Shown here: piece after piece, positions 1-10,631 of the stretch | How the letters are laid out: each line of letters begins with the position of its first letter | Numbering within the stretch: position 1 is the first letter of the stretch | DNA from: Trypanosoma brucei | Taxonomy: Eukaryota | Length of the DNA: 64,000 bases | Direction of reading: 5' to 3' | NCBI GenBank assembly: GCA_000002445.1 | Contig: CM000208.1 | Location: 64,001 to 128,000, forward strand | Made by a program: the position numbers and the translations under genes | Notes under the pieces: generated by a model | The model's input: only the letters and a program-made list of their open reading frames with translations | Databases searched by the model: none | Told to the model about the DNA's origin: nothing

Positions 1-599
1 TGCAATAACCGCTAAAGTTTCGCATCGCTTTCCAAGATGTAACATCGCTGTGCGTAAAACAGGTAACTTCTATTGAAAGCAGTGCGCCTCCGAATGCTGT
101 ATATCAAATTGGAGCTTCATTGTTGGTAACTGTTAAACTCTTCTCCAGCTATCAATTCAATGTCAGCTTCATCACCCTTCCCCTCTGGAATACGTGGGGC
201 TGAGGAACGTAGCACCGCTTCACGTCAGCTCCGGTGGCTACTGAATCTTGATCCCCGCTTCTAATTCCTACAACCTTTACACGTTTACATTAGAGTTATT
301 GGGAAAGCAGGCAAATGCCACACCAAGCTGTCCATCGTTTTCAGGCGCCAGCGTAACGGTTATGATTTCCAAAACCACAATTATTTTTTGGAGCGTTAGT
401 TACTCATATCCCGTTTCCAATGAGTATTGATACGTTTTTGTTCTTCATTTTACAGCAAGAGAACGCTGTGTATTGGTAATGGAAGCAAGCGTTCATTCTG
501 CCTTCCCCAACATTCGTCAGTGTCTCCAAAAGAAGGCGAAAGATCGCCACGTAGTTTTTTGTTGTTTCCGATATATGTGGCCCCTTTCCGCCGGCGAGA

Positions 600-1500
600 T
601 CTTACGTACTCCACTGAGACCTGTGGAAAATATGGGGTGGACACCTGCTGACACCGGCCCCGGGGAGGCGGGGGATTCAGTTAACGCACGGGGCGGGTCA
701 GCATCAGTGCCTCTGAAGGGTACACACGGAAGGAGAATGTGTACTTATGTGATGCGGTGGCCGCTCATTCTAACCGTCGTATGTTAAGGTTCAATATTGA
801 GCCGCTGCCACGATGCGGGTGATAGCCCATAGCTTTCTTTTGGGTGGTGCACCGGGTCCCGGAATCGCTCTCTCGTGGCTCGCGTGGTCGCAATGCAGCT
901 CGGATTTTGTGAGTGAACATCTTTTCCGCCTCTGTGGGACTTTGGTGGAGGTTGGTGGCGGAAGTTTTGGTGCTGCTGGTTTTGCCGTACACCCGGTTTG
1001 GTGTAGTCTTCCCCCTTTGCTGCGGTTTTTAGCCGTTTGGTCTGAAAGTGCATGGTCTTTTTACAAAGTGATTTGCTGGGTTGGGCACTGATGCGTTGCC
1101 TATTGTGGTCTCGCGTGCCTTAGGAAATGTTTTCGCTGGTGCTTTTGCTGTTGTATCACCCTGCTTTCAAGTCATTTGTTACATGTGTCGGGGTATGTTT
1201 GGTGCGTTACAAATGGTAGTGGTTAGTGTACGGCTATTGGCTGTTAGGCATATTGAAGGGTGTAGCATTAACATTTCGTAATGACTTTTTTCCCGTGTCG
1301 TGAGGGAAGTTGGTGGGAGTTGCAGTACTTTGCAGTGGCTACATAGGCTACCCGATTTTTTTTATTTAGTAAGTCTTGTAGTGCACACCTCCACCGCTAG
1401 ATCTTTGATGACAACAGATGCGCCTTCCCTTTTGAGTTGTGGGGACCACCCAGTGTTGTGGCAGGTGGGGGTGAAAGCGTGGAACTAATTGAATTTCGGG
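600..1500 (+). promoter_or_regulatory. GT/G-rich non-coding block ahead of the first gene: candidate Pol II transcription-start (GT-rich promoter) region
   Basis: G-runs ('ggggtgg', 'cggggaggcgggggat', 'cggggcgggtc') and sustained GT-rich sequence (ggtggtgcaccgggtcc...ggtggaggttggtggcgg...gtttggtgtag...). No ORF of coding quality in 1-3785. All downstream genes are + strand. Confidence 0.35.
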
Positions 1501-3785
1501 GTGAGGATTTGGTCTCACGGAAGAAATGGGAGGTTGACGACACCCTAACAACGATGTCGCTAACATCTGCTTCTCCTGGGTGAAGGGGTCCGGCGGGCTT
1601 CCACCTTGGGTTTTGGACGTCGCCACCGTACTGCACTTCGCTGCGAGAAATTTAACTAACATTAGGCTTATACCCCACCAGAGGCCCACAAGAGGTAATT
1701 CGTCACATGTCGCAAAGCTAATACACCTACCATCATAATCTGAGGCCGTAACCGTTGTATTTCCGTTCCGGCACTGCCAAAACAGGTTGCAATATCTTGG
1801 GTTCTTACATAAGAAGTCAACCGGTGATGACATTAGTTCGTTAGGTTGGTGAGCGATGCCGTGAGCCACTATGCATTTACATTAGCACAACTTCCGTTTA
1901 ATTGGTGGTGCCATTTTCGCATATCGAAACTCGAGCGCTGATACTTCCCGCGTGGCATTGCGTGGTTGGCGGCAGTAAGTTCTTGTTTTTCTTTTGCATG
2001 TTTACCTGGGCCCGAGCGATCTCTTTTTCTGTTAGATGTTTCGAAACCTTGGTTCATTTTACTTGTGCAAACGTAAATAGGTAGCATATTCGTTCCTTTC
2101 GTCTTTTAGAAATAGTTACTTTAGGGACACTCGAGTCGCTTTGCTGTGATTGCCAGCTGCGGCTGATTTTTTAAAATTATTCTTCCAACAGTGTTTGTAA
2201 TAGCATTGCTATTGTTTAGCTTTGGCGAGGGATATATTAAATATTTTTTGTGGGACATTATTTTTGTTGTGTGCTGCTGGTGGCGCATACTGAAGAGCCG
2301 TGGGCAAATCAAGTGCTTCTCGAGACATCCATATCCCACTGCTTTTGTGACTGCTTTTCTTCTTTATCTTTTTTGGATGTCTATGTTTTTTTACTTTAGT
2401 CTACAGGTGTATTTTTAAGTGATGGTGTAGATACTACCTATTTCGTACTGTGAGTCTCTGCTACTTTGTGCCGGGAATAGTTGTACAGTTTCTCACTTCC
2501 TTTTTACTTTTTTTTTGCAGCGGTTTTGAATAATTGTTTTGACACTGGTTGCTATGACATATTGTTCACGATGCATCCTTAAAAGTTTTGCGAGGTTAAG
2601 AAAATAAATTTATTGGCCGGATGTTTATATGTTTTCGGCAATATAATTTGTACTATTATTTTTGGTGCCTTTCTTCCCTTGTTTTGTTAACACTTTTACA
2701 TATATATATTTTTCATACTTAGATTGCGGTACGAGGTGCTCTTCGTACCATTACTTTTTTTCGCCCTTGTTTCCGGACCGAAAGGCACCTCTGCTAGTAG
2801 AATGATCGAACTTTTTATGTTATGCTTGTTATCTAAGTTACCTGCTTCAGGTGGGTTACTGTCCCTCTCGTGCCATTGTTGGATGATTGCAGATTGTTTT
2901 GAAGTATTTTTTTTGTTTATCGTTACTCACTTTTTTGTTGGATGTTTTGAAACTAGTTGTTATCCCGTTACGTTGTACACACTTTCCCTCCTCCCTGGTC
3001 GTGTACTGTCACTTTCTCTCTAAACATGGTTTTTGTGTATATGGCACTGGCTCCTTTGGACTGGGTCTTTTCATTACCCCTTATAAAAGAAAAATATACT
3101 TTATATATCTAATGTTTTTGTTTTGTGTTGCTCATTTTTTTTTTCTGGTGAACGTTTCACCGAATGTTGTTTTTGTACAACCGGCTACTGTGCATTGTTT
3201 GCGCCGTTAGTCGTTTTTAAGCTGTGAAGGGGAAGATGCTCACGTAATAGCAAAAATGAACTCGATGTTTTCCTCCCATATTTGAGCTCCGTACTTCACG
3301 AGCAGGGCACCAGATTGCGTGTGTGTACACTTTCTGCCATGTATTGCGCACACATTTGGTATGCGAACTTCAAGCTGTTGGGAGTGACTGCATTTGGCTT
3401 CTTTCCCCCTTTGTACTGTGTTATAAAAAAAAAAAATAAAATATCGTTTGCTACAACGGTGCCCCAACAATGTGGTTTGAGGTATGGGAATGGCATTTTA
3501 GGACCCTGCCTGTATTATTGTGTTTTCTTAAAACACATTTTCGTACGCGTTGGTGTTTGGTAGTTGCACATGTACCGCTTACTTCTTTTAAGTTTAATTC
3601 TCATTCCATGTTGTTCATACATTTGTCCCGGTGCAAGCGAGTGACAACAACAGTTGAGTACTTAAGTACCCCATTTCCGTCATGTATGGAAACCAAGGTC
3701 TTGTGCTATGTTCTATTTAGTAACAAGCCATCATGTTTTACAACGCGATTATATATATTACTATATTTTCTCTTTTAGTCACCGA

Positions 3786-4310
3786 ATGAGCACTAGTGAA
3801 CGGCGTCGCTATGGGTTTCAGCGTACCTCCAAAGAGATAAGAAATGAAAGGAAGCTTAACAAGATGCAAAAATGGAGTGAAAAGCTAGACAGCTGTGATG
3901 TCGTTAAATTGCGCACGGAGCTACGTTCCATGGAGAAAGCCGACTTCCTGCTCCCTCGTCAGAAAGAACGAAAGACACTGATAGAAAGAATGATACGAGA
4001 TGCTGAGCTAAGGAAGTGTGTTGAGGGTACCGCTCCCATTTCATGTGAACAGCGACCCAATGAAGATACCCAAGACAATTCGAGCTGCTCCAGTAGATGT
4101 GACGATATTATCCTTAGTCCCCGTCTGGGTGTAGGGGATGGTGTTGTGGTTACGACGCCAGATCACTTCATTCCGAGATCATTGAGAAAAAGGTGTGGTG
4201 GGAACAACAGTCAGGAGGGTCTAAAGAAACGGGTGAAGAGGGCAGAAGAGCACTTGATTGCTAACAATTCGTTGGAGGAAGATATTGATGATTTTTTTGA
4301 TTCTCTCTAG
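3786..4310 (+). CDS. Basic K/R/E-rich hypothetical protein (174 aa). It may instead be the N-terminal part of the downstream nucleotidyltransferase gene if a frameshift is present
   Basis: ATG at 3786 (the track ORF 3708 starts earlier). Charged, low-complexity translation with no recognisable domain. Its 3' end overlaps the next ORF by 53 nt in a different frame. Confidence 0.35.
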   Translation: MSTSERRRYGFQRTSKEIRNERKLNKMQKWSEKLDSCDVVKLRTELRSMEKADFLLPRQKERKTLIERMIRDAELRKCVEGTAPISCEQRPNEDTQDNSSCSSRCDDIILSPRLGVGDGVVVTTPDHFIPRSLRKRCGGNNSQEGLKKRVKRAEEHLIANNSLEEDIDDFFDSL

Positions 4311-4494
4311 TTGGTGTGAATCTAACTTTGCTCCGCTCTTGCTTGCCTGGGTCTCTGTGGACTGCTGCCAACCGAGTTCACAGAGCTCCGTCATCGTTAT
4401 TTTGTCGTATGCCAGAATTCGACTTTCTCTGGATGGTATATTGCGGTCACCCTATTATACTACTGGGAAAAGGGGGATTACACTATACCTATTT

Positions 4495-5622
4495 ATGGCT
4501 TTAGTTCGTAGGATAGGATCATCCCTGCTATCTCACAAGGAGTACAGCCGTTTCCTTGATAACAGAAAGTGGCTTGAAGGTGCCCTTGAGGGGTTTTCGA
4601 TTGAGAATGTTTTAGGTATTTCTCAATTGTCTTCTCGACCCTCTGTTTTAATGTATGGGTCGTGTGTTTCTGGAACGGCTTTTAGCAATGCAGATGCTGA
4701 TTACGCAGTGTTATTTCTCACGCAAGGGAATACTGAGGAGTCGTCAATGGCTAACATGCTGAACTATACGCATTCAAAATTTATTGAAGTGAAACGAGAG
4801 CATCATCAGAGGGTTCTCTTGGCAATTTTGGAGCATATCAGGGTATCTTTCTGTTCGACGGTGCTGAAGTGCGAGCAAATTTACTCGGCTCGTGTTCCTT
4901 TTATTCGGCTTTTCAAGAGTAGTGCGAATAACACAGAGGGAAGTCACTTGGATGTGTCTCTTTCTTTTGATGGTCCCAGAAATTCTTTGTTGCTTAGGCT
5001 TTACATGGAGGGGGACCCACGCCTTAGGTGCGGCGTTCTTTGTGCGAAGAAATGGTGCCGCTCTCAAGGTATTCTTGATGCTCGTCGAGGTTGGATTTCT
5101 GCATACGCCCTCACTGTCATGTATATATTTTACATGCAGGTGACGAAGAGAGCAGTGCGTATTATTGATGAAAGTGAAGTCAACAATATTCTGTATTGTA
5201 TGTCGAAGCAAATGTTGGAGGGGGTCAATGAATGCTTTCCTTTTGTTGGAGATGTATGTTCTTGTAGTGACGTTGACATACAGAATGTTTTAAGTGATTT
5301 ACATGGCTTTTTTCATTTCTTTGGGGGCTCAATGTGTTTTGATTTTGATACTGATGTCGTTGACATTAGGAAAAATGACAAACTTGTTTCGAAAGAATCT
5401 TGGTTGGAGGGAATCAATCATTTTGATGAGAAGACTCGTTGGAATCTCCTGGGTTACGAAACTATTATGATCCGTGACCCATACGAAGACCACAATTTAG
5501 GTCGTAGTGTGGATTTCTTTCGCGGCGAGAGAATCAGAGAGGTTTTTCGTTTGGCGTCGGAGACCAAGATTGAGGATGTTTTAAACGAGTTAGCAAAACA
5601 AGGAAGGCTTTCTAGTGTTTGA
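4495..5622 (+). CDS. Non-canonical poly(A) polymerase / terminal uridylyltransferase-like nucleotidyltransferase (Cid1 family)
   Basis: Motif 'MYGSCVSGTAFSNADADYAVLF' matches the NTase hG[GS]x9-13DxD signature; a third acidic residue lies in 'HLDVSLSF'. The PAP/25A-associated-like segment 'GWISAYALTVMYIFYMQV' matches 'SSYALTLMVI'. The start is uncertain: ATG at 4495 (MALVRR...), with the track ORF beginning at TTG 4258. Confidence 0.6.
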   Translation: MALVRRIGSSLLSHKEYSRFLDNRKWLEGALEGFSIENVLGISQLSSRPSVLMYGSCVSGTAFSNADADYAVLFLTQGNTEESSMANMLNYTHSKFIEVKREHHQRVLLAILEHIRVSFCSTVLKCEQIYSARVPFIRLFKSSANNTEGSHLDVSLSFDGPRNSLLLRLYMEGDPRLRCGVLCAKKWCRSQGILDARRGWISAYALTVMYIFYMQVTKRAVRIIDESEVNNILYCMSKQMLEGVNECFPFVGDVCSCSDVDIQNVLSDLHGFFHFFGGSMCFDFDTDVVDIRKNDKLVSKESWLEGINHFDEKTRWNLLGYETIMIRDPYEDHNLGRSVDFFRGERIREVFRLASETKIEDVLNELAKQGRLSSV

Positions 5623-5947
5623 AACACTAGCCGGTGCTGCGAATTGCAACTACGTCTTCCTATCAAGGAACAAAGAATTCTAATAATAATATATTTTGCA
5701 AATGGATGCGCGCACACTGAACTAGCAGCTCTGCACTGACTGTAGTGAGAAGGTGTTTTTTCTTGTTTATTATCGGTTTTTGTTTGCACGGGTAAGTTAG
5801 GTCCCCCCTATTTATGCGCCCACAGTGTAACTCTTATGCCACTTATGTGTTCGAAGAAAACGGGGACGTGTTGTGTGCATATTTCCATGTTTTTTCTCTG
5901 TATAAGAATTGTTGAGAAGAATAAGCTACTCGATAACGAAGTTACCT

Positions 5948-7231
5948 ATGGTCAGTAAGAAGCTTGGTGAGGCACAACGTAAAGAGGATTTTTGCATTCC
6001 CCTGGAGGGCCAACATACGGATTGCGCACTCTCACCGGAAGAATGGCCGCTTTTACTGAAAAACTATGACAGGCTGAACGTGCGGTCTTCCCACTTTACG
6101 GTTTTGGATTGTGGATGGTCTCCGCTTCGGAGACCCCTGTCCCAGTATGTGAAGTACGGCATGATTAACCTTGACAAGCCCTCTAATCCTAGTTCACACG
6201 AAGTGGTGTCATGGATTAAACGCATTTTGAAGTGTGAAAAAACCGGGCATGCGGGAACGTTGGATCCTAAAGTAACCGGAGCCCTCATCATTTGTATTGA
6301 CCGAGCAACACGTTTAGTGAAGTCTCAGCAGAATGCCGGTAAAACATACATTGGTGTGTTGCGCCTTCATGACACGGTGAGTGAAAAAAAGGTTGTTGCC
6401 TCGCTGCAGCGCCTTACAGGTCCCTGTTTTCAAAGACCACCGTTAATTGCGGCGGTGAAGCGTCAGCTTCGTATCCGCAATATATATTCAAATCAGCTTA
6501 TTGAGTATGACAAACATCGTCACTTGGCCGTGTTTGAGACTCACTGCGAGGCAGGCACGTACATACGAACCCTTTGTGTTCATCTCGGGTTGATTTTGGG
6601 TGTCGGTGGCCATATGGAAGAGTTACGACGAATTCGAACCGGGGTGATATCTGAAGACGACCACATCTCGACCATGCATGACGTTCTTGATGCGCAGTGG
6701 CTGTATGATAACGAGAAGGATGAAACGTACCTTCGGAGAGTAATTCTCCCCTGTGAATATTTATTAACAAACTACAAGCGTGTGGTTGTGAAAGATTCTG
6801 CCGTAAACGCGGTCTGCTACGGGGCTAAGCTCATGATTCCTGGACTCGCGCGCTTCGACAACGGAATTGAAAGGGATGATGTTATTGTCCTCATGACCAC
6901 TAAGGGGGAGGCCATTGCATTAGCTTATGCTGAAATGTCCACATCACAAATGGCTTCAGTGGATCATGGTATCGTGGCTCGAAGCAAACGTGTGATCATG
7001 GATCGAGACACGTATCCGAGACGTTGGGGACTTGGCCCCGTTGCTGTGAAGAAGCGTACGATGATGAAAGATGGACTTCTGGACAAGTACGGCCGTCCCC
7101 AAGCAAACACGCCGTCCGACTGGTTTTACGTGGACTACGGTGGCGTTAGTACGAATGCTGAAGGCGTTCAGTACGGGGAGGCCCCAAGAAAGAATGGAAA
7201 GCGCCCTAGGTCAGAAGCAGATGACACCTAA
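5948..7231 (+). CDS. CBF5: H/ACA snoRNP pseudouridine synthase CBF5 (dyskerin/NAP57)
   Basis: TruB catalytic motif '...[30 protein letters not shown]...' with a PUA-type C-terminal region and a K/R-rich tail. The first in-frame ATG is at 5948; the track ORF starts at TTG 5909. Confidence 0.9.
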   Translation: MVSKKLGEAQRKEDFCIPLEGQHTDCALSPEEWPLLLKNYDRLNVRSSHFTVLDCGWSPLRRPLSQYVKYGMINLDKPSNPSSHEVVSWIKRILKCEKTGHAGTLDPKVTGALIICIDRATRLVKSQQNAGKTYIGVLRLHDTVSEKKVVASLQRLTGPCFQRPPLIAAVKRQLRIRNIYSNQLIEYDKHRHLAVFETHCEAGTYIRTLCVHLGLILGVGGHMEELRRIRTGVISEDDHISTMHDVLDAQWLYDNEKDETYLRRVILPCEYLLTNYKRVVVKDSAVNAVCYGAKLMIPGLARFDNGIERDDVIVLMTTKGEAIALAYAEMSTSQMASVDHGIVARSKRVIMDRDTYPRRWGLGPVAVKKRTMMKDGLLDKYGRPQANTPSDWFYVDYGGVSTNAEGVQYGEAPRKNGKRPRSEADDT

Positions 7232-7399
7232 TAAGTAAGTTTTTTTTGTTAAATCGTTAAGAGCACAAGGGGGATAGGGAGAGAGGGTGATCGATGATTT
7301 ATTTTCGTTTTGTTTGTGTCCGCGGTTATCGTCGCTAGGTTCCCTCATTGGGTTATTTGACAACTCTATTATCTCTGTAGTGAATGCATGCTTACACTA

Positions 7400-7479
7400 T
7401 TGCTTTACTGCGTACTCTTCTTCTTCTTCTTCCTTTTTTTAACCTCTCTGAAACATATTAAAGTGGAAAGGGAAAGAAA
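7400..7479 (+). promoter_or_regulatory. Polypyrimidine tract / presumed trans-splice acceptor region upstream of the ATP synthase gamma gene
   Basis: 'cttcttcttcttcttccttttttttaacctctctg' lies immediately 5' of ATG 7480. In kinetoplastids such tracts direct SL trans-splicing and upstream polyadenylation. Confidence 0.5.
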
Positions 7480-8397
7480 ATGTCAGGTAAGCTTCGTCTT
7501 TACAAAGAAAAACTTGAGGGGTACAACCGGTTTTACTCTATCGTTAAAACTATTAAGATGGTGACTTTGGCGAAGTATCGTGCGGCGCAGGGACGGATAA
7601 GGACACGCGATTTCAGCCTCCGCTATACGGAGTTGGCGTTCAGCAAACCACAAGCATCGAGAGATGCCGTGGCCGCAGCGAAGAATGCCCTTGTTTACAT
7701 ACCGATAACTACGAATCGTGGGTCATGCGGTGCCCTGAACAGCAATATTGTGCGTTGTATCGATTCCGTGGTATCGAGTAAGATGGTATTGATGCCGGTC
7801 GGCAAACGTGGTATAGACTCGTTTTCTAAACTGTTTCCCGATGAATTCAGATACGGTATCATTAACGATATGAAGGAATCAATGCATTTTGGTTATGCAA
7901 CCTTTGTAATTGAAAATGCATATGAAGTGTCCAAGGATGCGGATCGGTATCAGGTGATTTTCAATCGTTTCGTTTCTGCGGGTGTCCAAAGGAATGCCGT
8001 TTACAACATTCCATCATATGAGAAGTGGAAAGAGGACCTTGCCGATGCCGGTAGCTCGGACAACCAGAAGAATCGTTACCTTTTTGCGAATGCGCTGCAG
8101 AATGAGGAGGAACAGCTTATTCGGGACTTCTTCGATTTTCATGCTGCGCTCGCGGTCCTCAATGCCGTTGGAGAAAACGAGCTTTCCGAGCAAGCTGCCC
8201 GTCTGGTTGCTGTTGAGGGTCAGTTGACTAATATCAGCAGCCTGCAACAGAGAACTAGCTCGCTTTACAACAAGACACGGCAGTTTGGTATTACGGCGGC
8301 GCTAATTGAAATTCTTTCTGCTATGAGTTCGTTGGAAGGCAATGCTATGAAGGGCGTCAGACGCAACAAATTCTGGGAAGGGGCAGTAACCAAGTAG
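7480..8397 (+). CDS. F1 ATP synthase gamma subunit (mitochondrial)
   Basis: 'ITTNRGSCGALNSNIVR' is the canonical gamma-subunit motif and the C-terminal helix 'ITAALIEILSAMSSLEG' fits. The 305-aa length is typical for the trypanosomatid protein. ATG verified at 7480, with a polypyrimidine tract upstream. Confidence 0.9.
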   Translation: MSGKLRLYKEKLEGYNRFYSIVKTIKMVTLAKYRAAQGRIRTRDFSLRYTELAFSKPQASRDAVAAAKNALVYIPITTNRGSCGALNSNIVRCIDSVVSSKMVLMPVGKRGIDSFSKLFPDEFRYGIINDMKESMHFGYATFVIENAYEVSKDADRYQVIFNRFVSAGVQRNAVYNIPSYEKWKEDLADAGSSDNQKNRYLFANALQNEEEQLIRDFFDFHAALAVLNAVGENELSEQAARLVAVEGQLTNISSLQQRTSSLYNKTRQFGITAALIEILSAMSSLEGNAMKGVRRNKFWEGAVTK

Positions 8398-8662
8398 TAT
8401 TTGTTCATAAATGCGGTAGGTATGCGTGCGACCGTGATGTTTGTGGTATAGGTAGGCAACATGTTTTTTTTGTGGTTCGTAGGTGTAAGGCTCTTTCTAT
8501 CACTTCTATTGGTTTTTGGTGCAGATGTGCACTCCCTTTCCCTACTGAGTGATAAAAAAAAATGGTTTGGTTAATGCCGTTTCTGAGTGTATGTATGAAG
8601 TACACGAAAATGGACACCTATGTACATTCTTTTTTGTAATTTGTCAAGAAAGAGTGGCTCCG

Positions 8663-9415
8663 ATGAAGTTGAATGTCGCCTATCCACGGAACGGCACCGT
8701 CAAGCAGGTTGAAGTAACCGATGAGGTCCTCCGCCGTGTCAACTTGGGCGACTACCGCCTTGGCAACGAGGTGGACGGCGCCATATTTGGTGAGGCCTTT
8801 AGGGGTTACACCTTCAAACTTCGTGGCGGTTCCGATAAAGAGGGATTTCCAATGGTGCAAGGCGTAATGGCCCCAAGTCGTGTGTCACTTCTTGTGAAGC
8901 GTGGCGCTGTTGGCTTCAACACCTTCCGTGGTTATCAGGGTGAGCGTCGCCGCAAGTCCCTCCGTGGCTGCATTCTTGGGAGCGACATTGCCGTGCTGAA
9001 CGTCACTGTGGAGAAGGTCGGTGAGCAACCAATCGAGGGTGTGACAGACGTGTCGGTACCTCGGCGTTTGGGACCCAAGCGCGCGAACAAAATACGTAAG
9101 CTCTTCAATCTCGGTCGCACGGATGACGTACGCAAGTATGTGATCCGTCGGAAGGTGACGAAAGAGGGCAAGAAGGACCGTTTCAAGGCACCCAAGATCC
9201 AACGTCTCATCACCTCCACGATTAGGGCACGCCGCGCCAAGAAAGTGCGCGTCGCCATTGATAAAGTTCGCAAATCGGCAGCCGAGCGCCGTGAGTACCT
9301 CCGCCTCGTTGGTGCTCGCCGCCGCGCTGCCCGCCAGCGTAAGGCGGCTCGTCATCACTCAAGCAGGGTGAATGCACAGAGGAAGGAGGTTGATGCCTTC
9401 AAGGCACGGAAGTAG
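8663..9415 (+). CDS. RPS6: 40S ribosomal protein S6 (eS6)
   Basis: 'MKLNVAYPRNGTVKQVEVTDE...GFPMVQGVMAPSRVSLLVKRGAVGFNTFRGYQGERRRKSLRGCI' is the universally conserved eS6 N-terminus, followed by a basic C-terminal tail. Confidence 0.95.
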   Translation: MKLNVAYPRNGTVKQVEVTDEVLRRVNLGDYRLGNEVDGAIFGEAFRGYTFKLRGGSDKEGFPMVQGVMAPSRVSLLVKRGAVGFNTFRGYQGERRRKSLRGCILGSDIAVLNVTVEKVGEQPIEGVTDVSVPRRLGPKRANKIRKLFNLGRTDDVRKYVIRRKVTKEGKKDRFKAPKIQRLITSTIRARRAKKVRVAIDKVRKSAAERREYLRLVGARRRAARQRKAARHHSSRVNAQRKEVDAFKARK

Positions 9416-9626
9416 TAACGCTGAACGGGTCACTCCGGAATTATTTTTTTATTTTTTCGTTAAAAATTTTCACTTATAAGGTCTCACCACGAGGCATAAC
9501 CTAATGTGTACTTCGAAGTTGTTTGATGTTGCTACTAGCGGCGAGGTGCCCCCCTTTTGTCATCCCCTTACTTACATACGCTGGTACAAATAGTTTGTTT
9601 AGCTACAGCAAGGATATAAGTGAAGA

Positions 9627-10202
9627 ATGAAGACACAAAACTTGCTTTTTGCTGCGTCTGCTGCTGTGTCTGCCGGGGCTGCGGCCGCCGGTGCCGTTTC
9701 GTGCGATGAGATGTATCCTCAATCGGCTGCTTTCTTTGGGTCAATGGGATGTGCATCCGCTCTCATTTTTGCGAACCTGGGCTCTGCCTATGGTACGGCG
9801 AAATCAGGTGTTGGTGTCGCTCACCTCGGTATACTTCACGCCGATCGGATCATGCGCGGTATTGTGCCTGTTGTCATGGCCGGTATTCTCGGTATATACG
9901 GGCTCATTGTGTCCGTCATTATCAACAATAATATCAAAACGGAGCTACATGCATATGCGGCATTTTCCGGATACCTGCATTTTGGTGCGGGACTCGCTGC
10001 CGGTTTGTCTTCCTTGGCCGCGGGACTTTCCATCGGGATCGCCGGTGACGCATCCGTCCGCGCGTACGGTAAGCAGGAAAAAATATTTGTTGCTATGATT
10101 CTGATGCTTATTTTTGCGGAGGCTCTTGGACTCTATGGACTCATTATTGCTCTTCTAATGAACAATACCGCGAACAAAGTTAACTACGGACCGTGTCAGT
10201 GA
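9627..10202 (+). CDS. V-type H+-ATPase 16-kDa proteolipid subunit c
   Basis: Four hydrophobic helices carrying the G/A-rich motifs 'GAAYGTAKSG' and 'GIAGDASVRAYGKQEKIFVAMILMLIFAEALGLYGLI', including the conserved Glu of subunit c. ATG verified at 9627. Confidence 0.9.
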   Translation: MKTQNLLFAASAAVSAGAAAAGAVSCDEMYPQSAAFFGSMGCASALIFANLGSAYGTAKSGVGVAHLGILHADRIMRGIVPVVMAGILGIYGLIVSVIINNNIKTELHAYAAFSGYLHFGAGLAAGLSSLAAGLSIGIAGDASVRAYGKQEKIFVAMILMLIFAEALGLYGLIIALLMNNTANKVNYGPCQ

Positions 10203-10496
10203 AGGCATCTCTGCTCTATCATCTTTTTTTTTGTTCGATGCCACGCTTTAGGGAGTTAAGATGGATGAGGGAAAAAGGAAAAGGATTTTTTTTCATGAAA
10301 TTGTTTCCACGAAGGGAAAGATATATATATATATATACAATGAAAACTAGAAGAAAAAACTGATGCTGCGCCGGTGAGGTGCCGAGGGTTGAAGAAAGGT
10401 AATGAATAAGGGCGAAGGGACAAAGTGAAAAAGGCGCTGCAACTCGAAGCATTCACCCGGGACCATCTTCTGCTTACGTAAGTAGTAAAAAAATAA

Positions 10497-10575
10497 TGTG
10501 TTTTTTCCTTTTTCCTTTTTTTTTTGGATCCTTTTCTTTTTGCGCTTTATACCGCTTGTTCTCTTTTTTTTTATA
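10497..10575 (+). promoter_or_regulatory. Polypyrimidine tract / presumed trans-splice acceptor region upstream of the membrane-protein gene
   Basis: 'ttttttcctttttccttttttttttggatccttttctttttgcgctttataccgcttgttctcttttttttt' precedes ATG 10632. Confidence 0.45.
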
Positions 10576-10631
10576 TCTGTGGAAGAATACTACTTTGGTT
10601 AGGTATCACTTTAAGTCGGTGCACAATAAGT

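Noticed and set aside
1366-1869. 167-aa minus-strand ORF in the gene-free leader
   Set aside because: The Trp/Cys/Pro-rich translation has no motif or coding periodicity. It is flanked by equally long overlapping ORFs in other frames, which is typical of random open frames in GT-rich DNA.
3708-3785. N-terminal extensions of many track ORFs (for example 3708, 5909, 10524, 21114, 22450, 27700, 29325, 31510, 35356, 41701, 43368)
   Set aside because: Checking the nucleotides shows these ORFs begin at TTG or GTG, not ATG, and the extensions run through polypyrimidine or microsatellite sequence. CDS starts were moved to the first plausible in-frame ATG.
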